This document shows positions 23,605 through 36,100 of a stretch of 64,000 nucleotides of DNA, piece by piece; the first letter of the stretch is position 1; each line of letters opens with the position of its first letter. The notes under the pieces were generated by a model. That model had not been told where the DNA came from. It ran no database searches and worked only from the letters and a program-made list of their open reading frames with translations. The DNA is taken from positions 372,001 to 436,000 of the forward strand of contig NIVC01000176.1 of NCBI GenBank assembly GCA_002269645.1, read 5' to 3'. The DNA is from Macrostomum lignano. Its lineage: Eukaryota. Position numbers and translations under genes: made by a program.

Positions 23605-25743
23605 TCAGTTCATCTCAGCATTGCTGTGACTAACGCTGTCTCCAGACAGGATTTGCATTGGCAGATGTTGCTGCTGTTGTTGCAGCTTCTGCTGCCGACA
23701 AGAAGAATAGGGCGTCGACCGGGCTCTCGGCAAGCAGCGCTGTTGAAAGGAGAGCGGCGGTGGCACAGCAAAAGACACCTGATGCTGCTGCTGGTGGTGG
23801 TGGGACGGGCAACGCCAGGAGTCTGCAGTGCGATTGGCAGGGAACTCATAGCTTTAGGTAAGAAAATCTCACTAAAGAATCCAACACAATCTCACAAAAC
23901 AATCCTACAAAATCTCACCCAAGAATCCTACAAAATCTCACTAAAGTATCTTACAAAATCTCACCCGAGAATCCTACAAAATCTCACACAAGAATCTTAC
24001 AAAATCACACTAAAGAATCCAACACAATCTCACAAAACAATCCTACAAAATCTCACACAAGAATCCTACAAAATCTCACTAAAGAATCTTACAAAATCAC
24101 ACTAAAGAATCCTACAAAATCTCACTAAGAATCCTACAAAATCTCACTAAAGAATCCTACAAAATCTCACTAAAGAATCCAACACAATCTCACAAAACAA
24201 TCCTACAAAATCTCACACAAGAATCCTACAAAATCTCACTAAAGAATCTTACAAAATCACACTAAAGAATCCTACAAAATCTCACTAAAGAATCTTACAA
24301 AATCTCACTAAAGAATCCTACAAAATCTCACTAAAGAATCCTACAAAATCTCACTAAAGAATCCTACAAAATCTCACTAAAGAATCCTACAAAATCTCAC
24401 TAAAGAATCCTACAAAATCTCACTAAAGCAAACACTAACCATTCAGACTGCAAGATGACGCAGCGGTGGCAGCCGAGGTGGTGGCGGCAGCAGCGGCTGA
24501 GGCCAGGCCGGGCCGAACCGTGCGCCGCCAAGTCCAGCAGACGAAGCCGGCAGACAGGGCGAGAGTCAGGGCCGCCAGCACGGGAGTCAGCAGCAAGCAG
24601 GCGGACAGCAAAGGAGACGAGGAGGCCAGAGCAAGCGGTGCATTGTAATTGCCGTCAGTGGGACTTCGGACTGTGCAAGCAATTAAGCTGGCCCGGCCAA
24701 TAGAGGAGAACTGAAGGCCGAGTCTACCGCGGGACACGTGTAGAAAGGCCAGCTTGTTGCTGCCCGCTGGAGCTTCTGTTGTTGTCATGGACAGAGGTTC
24801 GCTTGAAGGCTGCTGCGGGCGGGATAGGGCGCGTTGTATTTTTTATATTTATCGTTAGGCATGTACACTTCACTGTGGCTTGGGCGTTAATTAAACGAGC
24901 AGAGCCAAGCCGGGATTCCAATTTTAGAGCCCCAAATTAATGTGACTGCACTTGGGAATCGAGCCTGGGCCGCTGGCACACCAGAGCGCCGCGCTAGATG
25001 TCATAGTACAAGTCTTCTGGGCCGTAGAGACGTACCTGAGACATGCCAGAGTCGCTGCAGAATCACCGAGTTGCGTCCAAAGTGCATCTGAATGTAAAGA
25101 ATACAGAATCGAACCAAGTCCTATCATCAGCCCCCATTTACACTACTCACAGTACTAGGCGATGGCGCATTGTACCCGTACGAATTGCTAGAATTTGAGA
25201 CGCCTCGACCTCCAGACTGCATCACTACCGGAACGATAGTAACTATGGGACTGCTAGTCGGACTTGAATAATCAGCCATCGGCCATAGTAACAAGTTGCC
25301 CGCCTTCTGCAGGTGGCTGTCGGCAAGCAGCTGAACAGCTGATGAGTCATCCTTAGCAACCTCGGCTACCGAATCGGAGGCCGATTCACTTCGGCATCGA
25401 TTGGTTAGCCAGGATAGAGCGGCCTGACAGGTGCATTAGAGACAACGATAATTACTTGATTAAAACTCGATACTTAGTTGCCATGACAACAACAGTACAA
25501 ATAATATTGATGGAATAAATAACTAACAGTGGATTCGCCCGCCTCATCAGTTGGCAGCAGCTCAAAGCTACGCCAGTAGGCTATTCGATAGAATCCGCTG
25601 GCCAACTTGCGGCTTTCGTCGCCGCCCGCGGGCGCGGCATCGGAGAAGGCTGGCAGCCAATACTGCGGACTGCGACGAATCGAGTCGGCGCCTGATCTGG
25701 CTGCCAGGCACCACAGCAGGGCCAGCAGCACCAGTTTGAGCAT
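23605..25743 (-). CDS. Orphan type-I single-pass membrane protein, 4 exons, about 359 aa
   Basis: Exons 25743-25528, 25423-25151, 24812-24440, 23822-23605 are phase-consistent and stop-free. Signal peptide MLKLVLLALLWCLAA, TM segment LLSACLLLTPVLAALTLALSAGFVCW, Q/H-rich tail. No family recognised. Confidence 0.6.
23862..24428. repeat. About 23 bp minisatellite (CAAAATCTCACTAAAGAATCCTA) in orphan gene intron 3
   Basis: Fills the intron up to the donor. Confidence 0.95.
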
Positions 25744-25869
25744 TGCCGGGGGAGCGACACTGAGGCAGCATGAAAGTGTTGGCGAGTCTGTACAGGATGT
25801 GATCTTCTGCTAAGCTATGAGAATCTAAATATGAGTTCTGAGCTCAGCCTGGGGATGTGGAAGGATGAC

Positions 25870-26645
25870 AATGGCCCAGCAACTGAGGATCTGGAAGATC
25901 TGGAATACTGGACCAGAAATTGAGGATCTGGGAGGTTCGCCAAAGCAACTGAGGATCTGGGAGGCTGGTCCAGAAACTGAGGATCTGGGAAGCTGGCACA
26001 TCAACTGAGGATCTGGGAGGCTGGCCCAGCAACTGAGGACCTGGGAGGCTGGCCCAGAAATTGAGTATCTGGGAGGTTCGCCAAAGCAACTGAGGATCTG
26101 GGAGGCTGGTCTAGCAACTGAGGATCAGGAAGGCTGGTCCAGAAACTGAGGATCTGGGAGGCTGGCCCAGCAACTGAGGATCTGGGAGGCTGGCCCAGCA
26201 ACTGAGGACCTGGGAGGCTGGTCCAGAAACTGAGGATCTGGGAGGCTGTCCCAGCAACTGAGGACCTGGGAGGCTGGCCCAGCAACTGAGGATCTGGGAG
26301 GCTGGCCCAGCAACTGAGGATCTGGGAGGCTGGCCCAGCAACTGAGGATCTGGGAGGCTGGCTAAGCAACTGAGGATCTGGGAGGCTGGCTAAGCAACTG
26401 AGGATCTGGGAGGCTGGCCCAGCAACTGAGGATCTGGGAGGCTGGCTAAGCAACTGAGGATCTGGGAGGCTGGCTAAGCAACTGAGGATCTGGGAGGCTG
26501 GCCCAGCAACTGAGGATCTGGGAGGCTGGCCCAGCAACTGAGGATCTGGGAGGCTGGCTAAGCAACTGAGGATCTGGGAGGCTGGCCCAGCAACTGAGGA
26601 TCTGGGAGGCTGGCCCAGCAACTGAGGATCTGGGAGGCTGGCCCA
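25870..26645. repeat. 28 bp minisatellite (GGAGGCTGGCCCAGCAACTGAGGATCTG) between PSMB2 and the orphan gene
   Basis: Tandem 28-mers. Confidence 0.96.
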
Positions 26646-27136
26646 AGCATAGCGATCCTCAGTATTTAATACACAAAAGCCCTTAAATTTGTTGAAATAA
26701 AAAACTAAAACAAGTTTATTTCAATTTTTTAATTACAATGTTAAAGTTGAGTGAGCTTGTTAAGTGTCATTAAATTTTCTAGTAATATTTTGTAACCACG
26801 CTTGGACTTTTGCACTCTATTTACCATATAATTGAATTGGCAAAAGCAATCGAGTACAAACAAAAGTACTTTCTGACCCGAAAACTGAATATTTGTAAAA
26901 ATTAATTCTCGGGAGCTTTGAAAATTGAAGATGGTAGCTTAAAGATTATCAATATGGGCAGAGATTGACAGACAAAGACAGCATTTTAACTGCATATGCG
27001 ATTACAAGTACAAACTCATCTAGTTATTTAAGAAGAGAACAGAAGAAAACACGGACCGGCTTACTATTAGTAGCATATAACAAACATTAGGCTAGTTTGT
27101 GGTTATGTAAAACTCCTGTGGTTCAATCCAGCAAAG

Positions 27137-30100
27137 TTAAGGCGTAACCAGCTTGCTTTCGATGTCGTCCAGTTGGGTGACGCCGTTGCGATCCACGCGG
27201 TGTACACGAAATTTGGACAGGCTGATCACCAGGCGCTTCTGGATTTCGCTGATCACTGTGCGCAATAGGCGGATGCCGTCCGCCTCAGCCATGTCCGGTC
27301 GGTAGTGCCTGGGATTAAGGGGGGGCGAGTGGATTAGCTGAAGGGAATGGCTACAACCCTACCTGAAGGGAATGGCTACAACTCTACCTGAAGGGAATGG
27401 CTGCAACCCTACCTAAAGATCCTGAAGCGAATGGCTGCAACCCTACCTAAAGATCCTGAAGCGAATGGCTACAACCCTACCTAAAGATCCTGAAGCAAAT
27501 GGCTACAACCCTACCTAAAGATCCTGAAGCGAATGGCTACAACCCTACCTAAAGATCCTGAAGCAAATGGCTACAACCCTACCTAAAGATCCTGAAGCAA
27601 ATGGCTACAACCCTACCTAAAGATCCTGAAGCGAATGGCTACAACCCTACCTAAAGATCCTGAAGCGAATGGCTACAACCCTACCTAAAGATCCTGAAGC
27701 GAATGGCTACAACCCTACCTAAAGATCCTGAAGCGAATGGCTACAACCCTACCTAAAGATCCTGAAGCGAATGGCTACAACCCTACCTAAAGATCCTGAA
27801 GCGAATGGCTACAACCCTACCTAAAGATCCTGAAGCGAATGGCTACAACCCTACCTAAAGATCCTGAAGCGAATGGCTACAACCCTACCTAAAGATCCTG
27901 AAGCGAATGGCTACAACCCTACCCAAAGATCCAAAGGCCAAACAAATCTGATAAACTAGCAAAGAATAATAAGATATTACAAAACACGCACCTGTCCAGC
28001 ACAGACAGTGACATGTACCCGCCATAGCCAATAACAGAGAAAGGCAGCTTCATCAAGCTGCCCAGGTAATCCAGGTAATACAGCTCAGGCTGGCCCTTAT
28101 TGGCATCGTATCCCGCTAGCAGCATGTTAACAAAATAAGGCGAACGGGAGCGCAGACTCTGCGCCTGATTTCGCCTAGTAAAATTAGCCGCCGCGTAGGG
28201 CGACAATTCGTAGCCGTGACGAATTTTATACAATTGCACATTCTGCTCGATGAATTCGGCGAATTTATTTGTGTCGCCGCTCTCGCCGCTCACAATGATG
28301 GCCAGTCGCTCCGATAGGCGAAACATTTTGTCCACATCTAGGATGGGTCAGACAGGATTCAAATGATGTATAGTTGGTTTCTACATCATACCATCTCTAT
28401 ATAGTTCTGTGTATAAATAATGTCTTTTTTCATGACACAAGGCAAAACACAGGCCAATAGTACAATAACTTCAATACCAAAATGAGATTAAGAACTCTAG
28501 TTGGGATTAAACTTTATTACATTTTGCTACAGAATTAAAATCAAATATGCATAAACAGAGCACTAAAACAAAAATTCATGAAAAGCTTGTCTCTACGTGT
28601 GCTTTAACAAAGCTTTTACCAAGCTAGTTTTCTAGGAAATATGCATTAAACTTGAAGCAGCACCAAAGTTCATTAGATTAAGACACTAGGCTTAGCCATA
28701 TTTAAGAACCTTAACAAATTCAATTTGAATTAGATGATTAATTAGATAAAAATATATATATTTATGCTGAAAATGTTGACTATGCTGTTGATTATGTATA
28801 TACTAATTTTTCAAGATTAAATATATAGATTAGATAAGAAATCTTTAAGCAAGGGTTAATATAGGGTTAATATATAAACAGAAATAGTGTATAAATTTAG
28901 TTGCAAGGCCAAGTAGCCTAGGGCCTATTTGGTTTCAATTGGTGGAGCATTTTAAAGAGTCCATACCATTATGAAGTAATTTTTAGTTATATACACATAG
29001 TATATATACTATATACCACTGTCAGTCCATACAAGGGGTAGTCAAAAAGTAATGATAATTTTGTTCTCACAAGTGTCAAACTTAAAATAGTAATCTACTT
29101 TTCTACATAGTCCCCTCCAGGGTAAGGGTCAAGCACTTTTCCATGTGGTATTGCCATCTCTCTACGCTGTTTGTGTACATGTAGAACTCAGAAGGCTATG
29201 CAGCAAGCCACTTACAGTAGCCTTTTGGCAGCTTCTTTGTCCTCATGTTTGACTTCTTTGATCGCTTCCTTTAGCTTGGGAAACAAAAAAGTCCAAAGGA
29301 GCCAAATCAAGGCTATATGGAGGATGCTGTAGGGATTTCCCAGCAGAAATCTTGCAGGGCTTCATCTTCATGGCAGAACTGAAAAGTCTCAGCTAATGCA
29401 TTGTCATGGCAAAAGAGAATACCAGGGTGCAGCTTGCCAGGTCACTTTTTGGCCAGTTCAGAGTGGAGCTTTCATAGAAACAACTCACAATAGGCAGTAT
29501 TGACGGAGTTCTGGCTTTCTAAGAAGTCCACCAACCACCATCACCATTCCCTCAACATCCCAGAAGATGGTCACTAAGACTTTTGCTATAGACCATTCTG
29601 CATAGAACTTCTTGGGGCCTGCTGAACCTCATGGCAGCCATTCCTTGGATTGGACCTTGGACTTGGGATTGTACTGAAATATCTATGTTTCATCCCCAGT
29701 CACTAAGTGCTAATAAAAGTTTTCTGAATCAGCATCCAAGTAGTTCAGCAGGTTGATGGTGCACTCAGTATGTTGGGCCTGGTGTTCAGGCTGCAACAGC
29801 TGCGGGACCTAACAGGCACTCAGCTTGTTCAGACCAAGACAGTGCATCACAATAGAGTGAGCACTGCCATAAGAGATGTCCACTTGGTCAGCAATATTGT
29901 CTATGGCCACATGCCAATCCTGCTTAATCACCTGCTAAACAGCTGCGATATTTTTCTATGCACAATGTTGTAGGCTTTCCCAACTGCTAGGCATCTTCCA
30001 CATACTTTCATCCTTCCTCAAAAGCCTGAATCTAGCATTAAATGGTTGGATTTAGTGTGTGTTGGAAAGTACACATTATTGCAAGCTTTAATTTTTTTAA

Positions 30101-33100
30101 TTTTCCATTGCTAAAAGGGTATTTAGAACATTACTATGCAGACATCAATCACTTTAGAATCAAAACTCTGTCAAATAAAGAACAAATGATATTTTTCAAA
30201 TAAAATCAGTTGCACTTCAATACCTCTTATATTTTAAGCATTATAGCAAAATTATCATTACTTTTTGACTTCCCTTGTATACTAAAAATGGTCTATTATT
30301 AGGTAGGTAAGTAGGTATCTATAGAGACTATATGATTGATTAGATAAAAAATGGCTTAAATGATTTTCTTCAAATATGCATTATTCAATTAGAATTTTTC
30401 CAGGATGGTAGTTATATACATAGTGATATATAGTTATATGTTAGTATGTTAAAGTTTTTAGGCAAAAGTTTAGGTATATACCAAGTATGCCAAAAACTTC
30501 TAAACCCTGATTAGGGTCTATAATAAAGTTATGTTAATATGCCAATTTGGGATAGCAAATATACAAATGTGTAGCATTTAGGAAACATTTGAGAATAATC
30601 AAACAAAGCTAAAAGAATATAAAGATAAGATAACTTGAACCTTGAGACCATTGCAATGATATATAAGATAATCAACAATTTATTTAAGCATGAAACATTT
30701 CAAACAGACCAGCAGACCCTTATTAGATAGACATATTTTGTCTTCAAATTTACTTTTCAATATGGTATAACTGCTTTGCTGTTTGCCTTTTTTCATGCTA
30801 TATAATGCAAGGAATCTTTTTCTATATGCTAAATAAAATTTTATAAGATTCATCATTCAAGCATACTAGTGAGGAAGGGCACTTATAAATACTCGTTTCT
30901 GTCTACTATATTTCTTAGAAAAGTCAATTTTAAATTTGCGCTAAAAACTTTGTTTAAATGTTGTGAGTTGTGAAAATATTCTTGCAATTAATTTTGTTAA
31001 AAATTTATGCTGAATCTTACTATAAATAGAGGCTCCGAGTGGGCCAAGAAGACCAACTTGTTCAACTAACTTGCTTGTTTGTGTGTTCTAACAATAGCTA
31101 AAACTTGATCAGAAAATTGTTCAAAGTGACTTATTCATTTCTATAGTAAAAACCCCTATATTGGGAGAGTTCAAGACCACTAAAAGCGAGAAATCGCCTC
31201 AGGGCAGTAATAGTAAAGCTGCCTCAGGGCAGGAGAACCGCCTCATAACAAGAGAAGATCGCCTCAGGGCAGGGAAAATATAAAGCTGTGATCCTCTGAT
31301 CCCGGGAACGCCCAGGATTGAGAGAATAATATATTTAGAGGAGTATAAGAATAGAATAGACAGTGCTATTAGACCGCTCAGGCCAGAAAGTACAATAGAA
31401 GTACATACGCTACCAATAGAAGTACATGCGCTACCAGTAGAAAGACAATTAATAACCAGTAGAATTGTTAAGAAGAAATAGCTCTATTACAACTTTGGTG
31501 GCAGCTAGTAAGGCTAGCAAAAGAATAATTAAGAGCCCTAGGATAGCTTTTGGTAACAGCAGTGGGAAATTATTAAGAAGGAATTATCCCCTGCGATAGA
31601 TTTTGGTGTCTCAGCAGTGAGATTCTCAGTGTATAGGAATCACAACTGTAACACTAGGAATGGCCTATACTCCAGAAGGCATACATAGTTTGGCCTAAAA
31701 ACTATAGCATGCATTGGCATGTATTTGGGTATTGCACATTGTTTATTGGCACATAGGTATGCTATGGCATGGAATAGCTGGTGTAGAATGTGGCCTGGCA
31801 TAATAGTAGAGCATGTTGTGTTGAGACAAAAGTTTGTGAAAAGACATGGTATTATGAAGACATAATCTCATACTTATTTTTATTGCAAAATAACAAGTAA
31901 ATTTTAATGTGCCAAAAAGAAACATTGTATATTTGCAAGCTACAAAAGTTCTTTAAAATGTTGAAGACTTTTTAAAATGCATTTTAAAACATAAAATGTA
32001 TGTTTTTTATAACATATTAGTTTGGCATGCTTTTGCTTGGCATTGGCGCGCATCTACTTGGCACTGGCATATATCTACTTGGCACTGGCATGCATCTACT
32101 TGACACTGGTGTACATTGGTTTAGAGCATTCAGGTGTGCATTCAACATGATCTGGACTATGGGATATGGCATATGATATAAGGCATCAGTTGTTAACAGT
32201 GGCGTATACATAGCCAGAGTTTTCATTTTTATAGTTGTACTTATAGATAAAACTAGCAATCTACGCCCCCCGTTGGGGAGCCAAAGAAATGCAATACACG
32301 TTTTTTTAATAAGCTACATGTATCCTTGAAATCTTAAAAAATCTCCTGTCAAACCTTGTAAGCCTTGACATGTCAGTAATTCCCCCCCCCACAAGCTTTA
32401 ACATATCAACTTCCCACCTTGACATCTCAGCAATGCCCCCAATAAGCCTTGGAAATCTAAAAATATCTGTCAACCTTCTAACCCTAACCCTAGCCTAACC
32501 CTAACCCTAACCCTAACCCTAACCCTAACCTAACCCTAAAGCATTGAAATTTCAGTAATTCTCTCTAAGAGTCATAATAGCACTACTACAGGATTATAGC
32601 GATTCCCTGCAAGCCTCGACATCGTAGGGATTCCCAAATGAATCTCTTAACTTCGACATGAAGCTTCTTTTATTTTTTACATTACGCTTTTTTATTATCA
32701 GCGATCCCTCCCCTGAGGAGGCATCAAATAATGTAATAAAAAGTTACAATAAGTTTTCAATAAACTACATGTAGCTTCTGACTTTAGCCTTGAAATCTCA
32801 TTTATACCCCCGTGAGCCTTGACATCTCAGCTATTCCCCCCGTAAGCCTTGACATGTCAGCGATGGCCCCCATAAACCTTGAAATCTAAAAAATCCCCTG
32901 TTAACCTTGAAACCCGATAAAATATAACCCTCAACCCAAACCTGACCTAAACCTAACTTTAACCCAACCTAAAGCCTTGAAATCTCAGCAATTCTTCTCC
33001 CCTAAGCCTTGACATTTTAGTGATTCCTTCTTTAAGAATCACAGCACTATAACGATTTCCACCAAGCTTTGACATCATAGCAATTCCCAAATGAATCTTT

Positions 33101-36100
33101 TAACTTCGACATGACTTTTCTTTTATGTATACATAGTGCTACTTTTATTTTTTACATGACTCTTCTTCTATCAGCGCCCCCCCCCCGTGGCGAGCCAACA
33201 AAGAATGCAATAAAAAAATTGAGTAAAGTACATGAACTTTGAAGTAGCTTCTGACTTTTGCTTTGACATCTCAGAAACCCCCCCCCCGTAATCTCAGTTA
33301 TTCTCTGAGAGCCTTTACGTCTCAGTTTTTCTCCCCAGCACAGCATTATAGCTGCATTTAACTTTTACATGACACCCTTCATGTCTGACATGACACTTCT
33401 TTTATTCTACCATGATGCTTCTTAATTTTTTAAATGACACTTTCATTAGTTTATAAATGAGGCTTCTATGATTTTTTCTTGACCCTTCTATGATTTTTAC
33501 ATGACGCTTCTATGATTTTTACATGACGCTTCTATGATTTTTTACATGACGCTTCTACGATTTTTTACATGACGCTTCTATGATTGTTTACATGACGCTT
33601 CTATGATTGTTTACATGACGCTTCTATGATTGTTTACATGACGCTTCTATGATTGTTTACATGACGCTTCTATGATTTTTAAAAATAATGCTTCTATGAT
33701 TTTTATATGACGCTTCTACAATTTTTACATGACACTTCTATGATTGTTTACATGACGCTTCTATGATTTTTTAAATGACGCTTCTATGATTTTTTAAATT
33801 ACGCTTCTATGATTTTTAAATGACGCTTCTATGATTTTTAAATGACGCTTCTATGATTGTTTACATGACGCTTCTAAGATTGTTTACATGACGCTTTTAT
33901 GATTGTTCACATGACGCTTTTATAATTTTTTACATGACGCTTCTATGATTTTTTAAATGACGCTTCTATGATTTTTATATGACGCTTCTACGATTTTTTA
34001 CATGACGCTTTTATGATTGTTTACATGACGCTTCTATGATTTTTTACATGACGCTTCTATGATTTTTTAAACGACGCTTCTATGATTGTTTACATGACGC
34101 TTCTACGATTTTTTAAATGACGCTTCTATGATTGTTTACATGACGCTTCTATGATTTTTTAAATGACGCTTCTATGATTGTTTACATGACGCTTCTATGA
34201 TTGTTTACATGACGCTTCTATGATTGTTTACATGACGCTTTTATGATTGTTCACATGACGCTTCTATAATTTTTTACATGACGTTTCTATGATTTTTTAA
34301 ATGACGCTTTTATGATTGTTTACATGACGCTTCTATGATTGTTTACATGACGCTTCTATGATTGTTTACATGACGCTTCTATGCTTGTTTACATGACGCT
34401 TCTTTGATTGTTTACATGACGCTTCTATGATTGTTTACATGACGCTTCTATGATTGTTTACATGACGCTTCTATGATTTTTTACATGACGCTTCTATGAT
34501 TTTTTAAACGACGCTTCTATGATTGTTTACATGACGTTTCTACGATTTTTAAAATGACGCTTTTATGATTGTTTACATGACGCTTCTATGATTTTTTAAA
34601 TGATGCTTCTATGATTGTTTACATGACGCTTCTATGATTGTTTACATGACGCTTCTATGATTGTTTACATGACGCTTTTATGATTGTTCACATGACGCTT
34701 CTATAATTTTTTACATGACGCTTCTATGATTTTTTAAATGACGCTTTTATGATTGTTTACATGACGCTTCTATGATTGTTTACATGACGCTTCTATGATT
34801 GTTTACATGACGCTTCTATGATTGTTTACATGACGCTTTTATGATTGTTCACATGACGCTTCTATAATTTTTTACATGACGTTTCTATGATTTTTTAAAT
34901 GACGCTTTTATGATTGTTTACATGACGCTTATATGATTGTTTACATGACGCTTCTATGATTGTTTACATGACGCTTCTATGCTTGTTTACATGACGCTTC
35001 TTTGATTGTTTACATGACGCTTCTATGATTGTTTACATGACGCTTCTATGATTTTTAACATGACGCTTCTATGATTGTTTACATGACGCTTCTATGATTT
35101 TTATATGACGCTTCTATGATTGTTTACACGACGCTTCTATGATTTTTTAAATTACGCTTCTATGATTTTTAAATGACGCTTCTATGATTGTTTACATGAC
35201 GCTTCTATGATTGTTTACATGACGCTTCTATGATTTTTTACATGACGCTTCTATGATTTTTTAAACGACGCTTCTATGATTGTTTACATGACGTTTCTAC
35301 GATTTTTAAAATGACGCTTTTATGATTGTTTATGTCCTAGGGGTTACTTCTGCCTCTATTAATAATCTCACAATGCCACCAGAAGCTGTTCCAGGGCTCT
35401 TAATTATCCTTTTTGCTGGCCTTACTAGCTGCCACCAAAGGTGTAATAAAGCTATTTCTCCTTAATAATTCTATTGGTTATTAATCGTCTTTCTATTGGT
35501 AGCGCATGTACTTCTATTGGTAGCGTCCGTACTTTTATTGGTAGCGTATGAACTTTTATTGGTAGCGTCTGTACTTCTTTTTGTACTTTCTGGCCTGAGC
35601 GGTCTATCGGCACTGTCTATTCTATTCCTATACTTCCCTAAAAATATTATTCTCTCAGTCCTGGCGTTCCCTGGATCAGAGGGTCACAGCTCTAAAGCGA
35701 ATTCCCTGCCCTGAGGCGTTTATTCCTGCTCTGAAGCGATTCTTCTGCCCTTGAGGCGAATATAGCACTCTCCTACCCTGAGGTGATTCTCGCTTTTAGC
35801 GGATTTTCTCCCAATTTGGGGGTAATACTTATAGAAATGAACAATCCAAATAAGAATGCTGTAAAGATTTCTTATCGAGTGAACTTATTGCTTCAATATT
35901 TTTCGAGCAAGCGAATGAAGCGAGCAAGTTGCTCTTCTTGGCCCCATCTGGGCTCCTATTTATACTATTTCGTATATATATTTAAAACAAACTTTGATTT
36001 TCTACAATATTTTTTGCGCACACAACGTTAAAACAAAAATATTATTATTTGGCGGAAATTTAAATATGGTAATTTCTAAGAAAGCAATTGTTCGCGTAGA

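Noticed and set aside
24950-25090. Extra exon of the orphan TM gene (DALWTQLG... or MHFGRNS...)
   Set aside because: No frame is phase-compatible with both neighbouring exons, while skipping gives a clean phase 0-0 join.
32478-32539. True telomere or chromosome-fusion site
   Set aside because: Short, single orientation and embedded in a duplicated 450-bp unit inside an intron.
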